Source: an uncultured Gemmatimonadales bacterium (GTDB taxonomy: Bacteria; Gemmatimonadota; Gemmatimonadetes; Longimicrobiales; Gaopeijiaceae). Taken from it: DNA of 64,000 bases. The stretch lies in NCBI GenBank assembly GCA_963823035.1, contig CAWGKG010000008.1:1-64000 (forward strand), read 5' to 3'. The position numbers and the translations under genes are program-made. Position 1 is the first letter of the stretch. Each line of letters opens with the position of its first letter. This document shows, one piece after another, positions 1 through 6,532 of this stretch. The notes beneath the pieces are model-generated. The model saw nothing but the letters and a program-made list of their open reading frames with translations, searched no databases and was not told the origin of the DNA.

Positions 1-31
1 CAGGTGCGCTACCGGACTGCGCCACGTCCCG
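1..31 (-). tRNA. tRNA-Pro 5' fragment (truncated by window edge; anticodon not visible)
   Basis: Reverse complement reads CGGGACGTGGCGCAGTCCGGTAGCGCACCTG, a typical tRNA-Pro acceptor/D-arm. Confidence 0.8.
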
Positions 32-40
32 AGGGTCGGA

Positions 41-69
41 AACATACCGTTGCCGAGAGCCGCTCTCAA
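41..69 (-). promoter_or_regulatory. sigma70-like promoter for divergent tRNA-Pro
   Basis: Minus strand TTGAGA-N17-TATGTT, with the -10 box 9 nt upstream of the tRNA 5' end. Confidence 0.65.
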
Positions 70-206
70 GGCTGGACGTGCCGGAACGAGGGGGCTGCCT
101 CGCCCGTACTACCCCGTTGAGGACCGCGCGGGCGCCCAGGGAGCGAGGCCAGGAGGCCAAGCGTTGACCGCCTCGCGAGGGCCATGCACCACCCCTCGCG
201 AGCGGG

Positions 207-235
207 TTGACCCCTCTCGACGGGCGGGGTATACT
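207..235 (+). promoter_or_regulatory. sigma70 promoter of the tRNA operon
   Basis: TTGACC(207-212)-N17-TATACT(230-235), 10 nt upstream of tRNA-fMet. Confidence 0.85.
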
Positions 236-245
236 TGAGGCCTAC

Positions 246-319
<74 letters not shown>

Positions 320-379
320 TCAAGCCCTGAAGCGCCGCCTCTGGCGGCGTTTCCCACGTAGAGGGAGGCAGGAGAGGAC

Positions 380-511
380 ATGCTGACGCCGAGGTCGTCC
401 GAAGTGCGAGCGCGGTTCGCCCTCGCGAGGCTGGACGCTTCCCGTCGGCGGTCCTGGACGGTCGCCGATACGTGGAGCCCGCGGAAGCGGGCGGGAGCGG
501 GGGGCCGGTAG
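380..511 (+). CDS. putative 43-aa leader peptide (MLTPRSSEVRARFALARLDASRRRSWTVADTWSPRKRAGAGGR)
   Basis: ATG at 380 after purine-rich GGAGGCAGGAGAGGAC; TAG at 509-511; followed by antiterminator/terminator; too short for the supplied ORF track. Confidence 0.6.
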   Translation: MLTPRSSEVRARFALARLDASRRRSWTVADTWSPRKRAGAGGR

Positions 512-535
512 CAGCGGTTCTCCCCGACGAGCTTC

Positions 536-567
536 CGCCCGCGCCTCCGGAGGCCGGGCGTTTTTTT
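536..567 (+). terminator. intrinsic terminator / attenuator hairpin inside the tRNA operon
   Basis: CGCCCG(C)GCCT-CCGG-AGGCCGGGCG followed by T7; competing pairing 487-498 with 531-542. Confidence 0.8.
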
Positions 568-573
568 GTCGGG

Positions 574-646
574 GGCCAGGTAGCTCAGTTGGTAGAGCAC
601 GTGACTGAAAATCACGGTGTCGGCGGTTCGATTCCGTCCCTGGCCA
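574..646 (+). tRNA. tRNA-Phe (GAA)
   Basis: Cloverleaf; anticodon arm CGTGA-CTGAAAA-TCACG. Confidence 0.97.
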
Positions 647-697
647 TAGCTCTCGACCGCCGGTGGCCGGGAGGTGGGTTGGGGCGGCGCTGTTTAG

Positions 698-770
698 AGG
701 TCCGTAGCTCAATTGGTAGAGCACCGGTCTCCAAAACCGGCGGTTGAAGGTTCGAGTCCTTCCGGGCCTG
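698..770 (+). tRNA. tRNA-Trp (CCA)
   Basis: Cloverleaf; CCGGT-CTCCAAA-ACCGG. Confidence 0.97.
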
Positions 771-786
771 TCGAGGGGAACGACAA

Positions 787-858
787 GCCCCGATCGTCTA
801 GCGGCTAGGACACCACTCTTTCAAGGTGGCGGCCGGGGTTCGATTCCCCGTCGGGGCG
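787..858 (+). tRNA. tRNA-Glu (TTC)
   Basis: Cloverleaf; CCACT-CTTTCAA-GGTGG. Confidence 0.95.
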
Positions 859-891
859 TATGCAGGAGCGACGGTTAGCGGGAAACACAAA

Positions 892-965
892 GGGGCTGTA
901 GCTCAGTTGGTTAGAGTGCCGGTCTGTCACACCGGAGGTCGCGAGTTCGAGTCTCGTCAGCCCCG
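892..965 (+). tRNA. tRNA-Asp (GTC)
   Basis: Cloverleaf; CCGGT-CTGTCAC-ACCGG. Confidence 0.97.
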
Positions 966-1037
966 CTGAGCGTTGTGACGTTGATTGAGATCGAGAAGGT
1001 GGTCGTCCGCCCTGGGTGGGCGGTGCGACATGTGTGA

Positions 1038-1110
<73 letters not shown>

Positions 1111-1148
1111 CTGTTGGTCGGGTCACGAGGCCCGTATCGAGGCAACGG

Positions 1149-1232
<84 letters not shown>

Positions 1233-1312
1233 TTCGAGAATTCCCAGCCCGCGTTCATCCGTATCGAGCAAGCCGCCCGGTGCCGAGGAATCGACCAACA
1301 CGACCTGAGTCC

Positions 1313-1396
1313 GCCCACGTGCTGGAATTGGTAGACAGGCTGGTTTGAGGGACCAGTGCCGGAAACGGCGTACAGGTTCGAGTCCTGTCGTGGGCA
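1313..1396 (+). tRNA. tRNA-Leu (GAG)
   Basis: Long variable arm; CTGGT-TTGAGGG-ACCAG. Confidence 0.96.
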
Positions 1397-1440
1397 TTTC
1401 TGGCCGGGGGATTGGACGCCATCGAAGAAAGGATGCGCGC

Positions 1441-1514
1441 GCGCCCGTAGCTCAATTGGATAGAGCGCTTGACTACGGATCAAGAGGTTGGGGGTTCAAG
1501 TCCTCCCGGGCGCA
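1441..1514 (+). tRNA. tRNA-Arg (ACG)
   Basis: Cloverleaf; CTTGA-CTACGGA-TCAAG. Confidence 0.97.
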
Positions 1515-1517
1515 TGC

Positions 1518-1591
1518 GGGCGCGTAGCTCAGTTGGTTAGAGCGCTACGTTGACATCGTAGAGGTCAGAGGTTCGAGTCCTCTCGCGCCCA
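1518..1591 (+). tRNA. tRNA-Val (GAC)
   Basis: Cloverleaf; CTACG-TTGACAT-CGTAG. Confidence 0.97.
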
Positions 1592-1604
1592 TCGCCGGAA
1601 CATC

Positions 1605-1677
<73 letters not shown>

Positions 1678-1687
1678 CTCCGAAGAC

Positions 1688-1760
1688 GCCACCTTAGCTC
1701 AGCCGGTAGAGCACGTCATTCGTAATGACGGGGTCGTCGGTTCGAATCCGACAGGTGGCT
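1688..1760 (+). tRNA. tRNA-Thr (CGT)
   Basis: Cloverleaf; CGTCA-TTCGTAA-TGACG. Confidence 0.96.
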
Positions 1761-1764
1761 CTCT

Positions 1765-1837
1765 TGCCCCGTGGTGTAACTGGCAACACGCCGGATTCTG
1801 GCTCCGGAGAGTCTAGGTTCGAGCCCTAGCGGGGCAA
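1765..1837 (+). tRNA. tRNA-Gln (CTG)
   Basis: Cloverleaf; CCGGA-TTCTGGC-TCCGG. Confidence 0.96.
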
Positions 1838-1878
1838 CTGATAGGGACGGCGGGCCCCGCGGTCCGGCGGTCCGCTTT

Positions 1879-1964
1879 GGAGGGATGGCCGAGTGGCTTA
1901 AGGCGGCGCCCTGCTAAGGCGTTGGTCCGAAAGGACCTCGTGGGTTCGAATCCCACTCCCTCCG
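1879..1964 (+). tRNA. tRNA-Ser (GCT)
   Basis: Long variable arm; GCGCC-CTGCTAA-GGCGT. Confidence 0.96.
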
Positions 1965-2294
1965 TCGAAGAGATGTGCTGTGAGGTTCTGGGATTCGAAC
2001 CCACGCGAGCTTCGAAGAAGCTCGCAACGTGGGTTTGGGCCGATGCGTCGAACGGGTGATGCGCGATGCGCGCGAGACTGTTCGTTCGCGAGGCCTCCTC
2101 GCGAAGCGAGGAGCATCCCACTCCCTCCGTCGAAGAGATGTGCTGTGAGGTTCTGGGATTTCGAACCCACGCGAGCTTCGCAGAAGCTCGCAACGTGGGT
2201 TTGGGCCGATGCGTCGAACGGGTGGTGCGCGATGCGCGCGAGACGTTCGTTCGCGAGGCCTCCTCGCGAAGCGAGGAGCATCCCACTCCCTCCG
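1965..2294 (+). repeat. tRNA-linked tandem repeat, family A, 2 x 165 bp after tRNA-Ser(GCT)
   Basis: Units 1965-2129 and 2130-2294, each ending in ATCCCACTCCCTCCG, the 3' end of tRNA-Ser(GCT). Confidence 0.95.
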
Positions 2295-2335
2295 TCGTGG
2301 TTGCTCGATCATGCGGCGCGCCTTCCGGCGCTAAT

Positions 2336-2419
2336 GGACGGATGGCCGAGTGGCTTAAGGCGCACGATTGGAAATCGTGTGGGCGAAAGCCCGCGTGGGT
2401 TCGAATCCCACTCCGTCCG
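2336..2419 (+). tRNA. tRNA-Ser (GGA)
   Basis: Long variable arm; CACGA-TTGGAAA-TCGTG. Confidence 0.96.
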
Positions 2420-3092
2420 TCGAAGAGATGTTGCTGTGAGGTTCTGGGATTTCGAACCCACGCGAGCTTCGCAGAAGCTCGCGAAGTGGGTTTGGGCCGA
2501 TGCGTCGAACGGGTGATGCGCGGTGCGCTCCAGGCGTTGGTTCGCGAGGCCTCCTCGCGAAGCGAGGAGCATCCCACTCCGTCCGTCGAAGAGATGTTGC
2601 TGTGAGGTTCTGGGATTTCGAACCCACGCGAGCTTCGCAGAAGCTCGCGAAGTGGGTTCGGGCCGATGCGTCGGTCGGATGGTGCGCGATGCGCGCTAGG
2701 ATGGGCGTTCGCGAGGCCTCCTCGCGGAGCGAGGAGCATCCCACTCCGTCCGTCTTGAAGAGATGTTGCTGTGAGGTTCTGGGATTTCGAACCCACGCGA
2801 GCTTCGAAGAAGCTCGCGAAGTGGGTTCGGGCCGATGCGTCGGTCGGATGGTGCGCGATGCGCGCTGGATGGGCGTTCGCGAGGCCTCCTCGCGGAGCGA
2901 GGAGCATCCCACTCCGTCCGTTCTTGAAGAGATGTTGCTGTGAGGTTCTGGGATTTCGAACCCACGCGAGCTTCGAAGAAGCTCGCACAAGTGGGTTTGG
3001 GCTGATGCGTCGGTCGGATGAGTGCGCGATGCGCGCTGGGATGGGCGTTCGCGAGGCCTCCTCGCGAAGCGAGGAGCATCCCACTCCGTCCG
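2420..3092 (+). repeat. tRNA-linked tandem repeat, family A, 4 x 166-172 bp after tRNA-Ser(GGA)
   Basis: Units 2420-2585, 2586-2752, 2753-2920, 2921-3092, each ending in ATCCCACTCCGTCCG, the 3' end of tRNA-Ser(GGA). Confidence 0.95.
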
Positions 3093-3123
3093 TTCTGGTG
3101 GTTTGACGTGCGGTTTGCAGGTC

Positions 3124-3197
3124 CGGGGCGTGGCTCAGTCCGGTAGAGCGCTGCGTTCGGGTCGCAGAGGTCCCCGGTTCGAATCCGGGCGCCCCGA
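3124..3197 (+). tRNA. tRNA-Pro (CGG)
   Basis: Cloverleaf; CTGCG-TTCGGGT-CGCAG. Confidence 0.96.
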
Positions 3198-3283
3198 TTG
3201 GCAACCCGCGAAGTGCGGGTCCATGAACACCCGAGGAGCCCGGACGTCACGGCTTTGCCGTCGTCCGGGCTTCGTCGTTTGCA

Positions 3284-3365
3284 GGAGCGGTGGCAGAATG
3301 GTAATGCACTCGCCTCGAAAGCGAGCGCCCGAAAGGGCTTGGGGGTTCGAATCCCTCCCGCTCCG
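3284..3365 (+). tRNA. tRNA-Ser (CGA)
   Basis: Long variable arm; CTCGC-CTCGAAA-GCGAG. Confidence 0.95.
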
Positions 3366-3779
3366 TTAGGCCGTTTCTCCTGGCTCGAACCCCCGCGTCT
3401 TCGGCTGCGCCGAATCCGCCTTGTGGGTTGAGCTGCGGCGCGCTGCGCGCGTCCTCGCTCACCTCTTCGAGGTTCGAATCCCTCCCGCTCCGTTAAGCCG
3501 TTTCTCATGGCTCGAACCCCCGCGTCTTCGGCTGCGCCGAATCCGCCTTGTGGGTTGAGCTGCGGCGCGCTGCGCGCGTCCTCGCTCACCTCTTCGAGGT
3601 TCGAATCCCTCCCGCTCCGTTAGGCCGTTTCTTCTGGCTCGAACCCCCGCGTCTTCGGCTGCGCCGAATCCGCCTTGTGGGTTGAGCTGCGGCGCGCTGC
3701 GCGCGTCCTCGCTCACCTCTTCGAGGTTCGAATCCCTCCCGCTCCGTCAGGCCGTTTCTTCTGGCTCGAACCCCCGCGT
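3366..3779 (+). repeat. tRNA-linked tandem repeat, family B, 3 x 127 bp plus a partial unit after tRNA-Ser(CGA)
   Basis: Units 3366-3492, 3493-3619, 3620-3746, each ending in GGTTCGAATCCCTCCCGCTCCG (tRNA 3' 22 nt); partial unit 3747-3779. Confidence 0.95.
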
Positions 3780-3820
3780 TATCTGCGACTGAGGACCGAG
3801 AAGGACCCGGCGATCAGGTG

Positions 3821-4246
3821 CTACTTGTCCGCACGGGCTTGGGCGAGCACGTCGTTGAGGCGAAGGCCAGGAACACGCTGGAAATGGCGGAGGTTGCCGG
3901 TGACGAGTTCAAGGTTGTGGTAGACGGCCGTGGCTGCGATTTGGAGGTCGGCGTCAGGAAGGAGGTTGCCTGTGCTCTCCAGGTCGGCACGGATCTGCCC
4001 GAAGACCCGTGCAACCGAGAGGTCGTAGGGAAGGATGGTGACAGCAGGGAGGACGCGGTCCTCGATGTTTCGGAGATGCCGTTGCTTTGCGGCCGAACGG
4101 TAGGCGCCCTTGAAGAGCTCACCCACCGTGACGGCGCTCGTGAACTGGGCGTCACGGGGGATTTCGCGAAGCCAGCTCAAGTAGGCCTGAAGAGGACGTG
4201 GTCGCAGAACCTCCGAGATCGCGTCCGTATCGAAAAGGTAGGCCAC
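3821..4246 (-). CDS. vapC: VapC-family PIN-domain toxin (RNase)
   Basis: YLFDTDAISE start, VGEL, DADLQIAATA, LVTGNLRHFQRVPGL PIN motifs. Confidence 0.92.
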   Translation of the reverse strand: MAYLFDTDAISEVLRPRPLQAYLSWLREIPRDAQFTSAVTVGELFKGAYRSAAKQRHLRNIEDRVLPAVTILPYDLSVARVFGQIRADLESTGNLLPDADLQIAATAVYHNLELVTGNLRHFQRVPGLRLNDVLAQARADK

Positions 4247-4251
4247 GAGAT

Positions 4252-4530
4252 TCAGTCGAGGGAGGGACCGCTGCGGCTACCGACGCGGGACGAGGTCTCC
4301 AAGATCCGAACGAGGTCGTCCGAATCTTCCCAACCGCCTGCGACGCTCGCGAGTCCTCCCTCGGGACCTGCTGCACGCAGGCGCTGGAGGGTCTCGAGTT
4401 CTTCGGAACCGACGATGGCCGCTACAGCCCGCCCATGCCGAGTGATGACGACGGGCTCGCCGCGCTGCGCGGAGCGCACGTACTCGCTGAACCTGGCCTT
4501 GATCTCGGAAACAGAACCTTCTCTGGACAT
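4252..4530 (-). CDS. Phd/YefM-family type II antitoxin
   Basis: SVSEIKARFSEYVRSAQRGEPVVITRHGRAVAAIV; directly upstream of the PIN toxin. Confidence 0.92.
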   Translation of the reverse strand: MSREGSVSEIKARFSEYVRSAQRGEPVVITRHGRAVAAIVGSEELETLQRLRAAGPEGGLASVAGGWEDSDDLVRILETSSRVGSRSGPSLD

Positions 4531-4548
4531 GACTCACCTCGCTCAATC

Positions 4549-4589
4549 GGGTCAGATCGACCATAATGACCCCATGAGCCGTGTGTCAA
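4549..4589 (-). promoter_or_regulatory. toxin-antitoxin promoter with palindromic operator
   Basis: Minus strand TTGACA-N18-TATGGT; inverted repeat GGGTCA(4549)-N12-TGACCC(4567) brackets the -10 box. Confidence 0.6.
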
Positions 4590-4633
4590 GGTGGGTCCCA
4601 AGGGAGCGCGCGGGTGGCCCCCAGCGGCAGATA

Positions 4634-4660
4634 GAGCTGCGGCGCGCTGCGCGCGTCCTC
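4634..4660 (+). repeat. 27-bp internal fragment of repeat family B
   Basis: GAGCTGCGGCGCGCTGCGCGCGTCCTC is identical to the middle of the 127-bp unit. Confidence 0.85.
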
Positions 4661-5534
4661 AGCGGTACCGCGCCCGGAACACGTCCGCGAAGAAGATCAG
4701 CGTCTGGGGAAGGGCCCGGTCCCAGACCTCCCAGGCGTGGGCGCCGTTCGTGATGCGTAGCTCGGACGGGAGCTCCGCTTGTCGGAGCACGGCGTGGAGG
4801 TCCACGGCTCCCTGGATCAGTCGGGAGGCGTCGTCGTCGCCCACGGTGATGAAGACGGGCAGGCGGAGGTCGGACGCCTTCAGGCCGTCGATCAGGTTGA
4901 AGGGGTTCTCGGCCTGGTAGCGAGCCGGGTCGTAGGGATCGCCGAAGGCGGGTTCGAGCGACTCGCGACGTTCCGGCGTCTCCCTGGCCAGCGCTCCGGA
5001 CAGGCTGGCCGCGGCCCCGAACAGCTCGGGGTGCTTCAAGGCCAGGTGGATGGCCCCATAACCTCCCATGGAAAGCCCGCCGATCATGCGCGCGCGCCGC
5101 AGCGGGATGGTGCGGTAGGCCCGGTCCACCTCGGGCACGAGGTCCTCGATGAACGCCGTCTCCACGGCGCCGAACCCCTCTCCCGCATCGGAGTCCACCC
5201 ACCACGAGTTCATCCCGTCGGGCATGACCAGGATCATCGGAGGGATGGCGTCCGCCGCGATGAGCGAGTCTGCCGTCATCGCCGCATCGCCGTACCGCAC
5301 CCAGTTGGTGTCCTCACCGCCGTAGCCGTGCAGGAGGTAGACGGTGGGGTAGGCACGCTCCTCGTCCTCGTACCCTGGCGGGAGGTAGATCGTGTAACGC
5401 CACTCCCTTTCGAGCGCCTGGCTTCGTAGACTCCGACCCTCCAGGACGCGCCCGTGAGACGCCTGAGCGGAGACAGGGGCCGTGACCAGCAGGGCCACGA
5501 GCGACACGAGGGCGACGAACGAGCGAGCCATCAT
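4659..5534 (-). CDS. secreted alpha/beta-hydrolase, putative esterase family
   Basis: Signal peptide, YPTVYLLHGYGG, GLSMGG nucleophile elbow, GAHAW. Confidence 0.85.
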   Translation of the reverse strand: MMARSFVALVSLVALLVTAPVSAQASHGRVLEGRSLRSQALEREWRYTIYLPPGYEDEERAYPTVYLLHGYGGEDTNWVRYGDAAMTADSLIAADAIPPMILVMPDGMNSWWVDSDAGEGFGAVETAFIEDLVPEVDRAYRTIPLRRARMIGGLSMGGYGAIHLALKHPELFGAAASLSGALARETPERRESLEPAFGDPYDPARYQAENPFNLIDGLKASDLRLPVFITVGDDDASRLIQGAVDLHAVLRQAELPSELRITNGAHAWEVWDRALPQTLIFFADVFRARYR

Positions 5535-6525
5535 GGAACTCCGACAGTTCGGATCTACCGACTTGCAGGTCAGCGTCATCGGTTTCGGGGGTTGGGCCAT
5601 CGGCGGCGCCGCGATGGCCGGTTCCACGCCCATCGGGTGGGGACCGAGCGACGATCGGACGTCCCTCGCCGCGCTGCGCCGGGCTTTCGACGTCGGCATC
5701 AACTTCTATGATACCGCCGACTTCTATGGTCTGGGCAAGTCGGAGGAGCTGGTGGGCCGGGCTTTCGGCAACTCGGCGCACGTGGTGATCGCGACCAAGG
5801 TGGGCCACCGGATCGGACCGGACGCCGACGGCGTGTCCGTGGACTACTCCCCGTCGCACATCCGCGCAGCCTGCGAGGCCAGCCTGCGCCGCCTCCGTCG
5901 CGACCACATCGACTTCTACCAACTCCACTCGGCGCGCCTGCAGCATCTCGAAGACGGCGTGTGCATCGATGCGATGGAGCGCCTCCGGGAGTCCGGCAAG
6001 ATCCGGCATTGGGGCCTCTCGTTGAACACGTTCCACCCGGAGCCCGAGGCGGACTTCCTTCTCGAACGGGACCGGGGCAGCGGCTTCCAGCTCGTCCTGA
6101 ACGTGTTGAACCGGCGCGCGTTGCCGGTCATCGAGCGGGCCCGGGCGGCCGGCAAGGGCGTCATCGCCCGCATGGCCCTGCAGTTCGGTCTTCTCACCGG
6201 CGCCATGCGACCCGACCGGCGCTTCCCGGAAGACGACCACCGCTCCATGCGACTCGACGCCGACATCATCGGTCGCACCCTCGACCTGATGGAGCCCTTC
6301 TGGCGTGAGACGACGCGACTGGGACTGACTCCGACGCAGGCGGCGCTGAGCTATGCGGCCGCCGTCCCGGGCGTCTCCACCGTGATCCCCGGCATCCGTA
6401 CGCCGGAGCAGGCGGAGCTCGCCGCCGCCGGCGTCACCGCCCAGGCCGATCGCGTGAAGGAGCTGGCCGACGCCCTCCCCCGGACGCGCACGGATCTCGT
6501 GAAGCTGATGGAGGCGAAGGGCTGA
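5533..6525 (+). CDS. aldo/keto reductase
   Basis: LQVSVIGFGGWAIG, FYDTADFYG, IATKVG, SLRRLRRDHIDFYQLH. Confidence 0.92.
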   Translation: MELRQFGSTDLQVSVIGFGGWAIGGAAMAGSTPIGWGPSDDRTSLAALRRAFDVGINFYDTADFYGLGKSEELVGRAFGNSAHVVIATKVGHRIGPDADGVSVDYSPSHIRAACEASLRRLRRDHIDFYQLHSARLQHLEDGVCIDAMERLRESGKIRHWGLSLNTFHPEPEADFLLERDRGSGFQLVLNVLNRRALPVIERARAAGKGVIARMALQFGLLTGAMRPDRRFPEDDHRSMRLDADIIGRTLDLMEPFWRETTRLGLTPTQAALSYAAAVPGVSTVIPGIRTPEQAELAAAGVTAQADRVKELADALPRTRTDLVKLMEAKG

Positions 6526-6532
6526 CCGACGG

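Noticed and set aside
1813..3716. Long repetitive ORFs over the tRNA/repeat region (e.g. 1813-3204, 463 aa)
   Set aside because: They overlap tRNA genes, switch frame between units and are stop-poor shadows of GC-rich repeats.
1965..3779. CRISPR array interpretation of the tandem repeats
   Set aside because: Units are 127-172 bp and near-identical along their whole length, with no unique spacers and no cas genes in the window.
3366..4660. Prophage or integrative island at tRNA-Ser(CGA)
   Set aside because: No integrase or phage genes, and I saw no distal copy of the tRNA 3' end beyond 3746.
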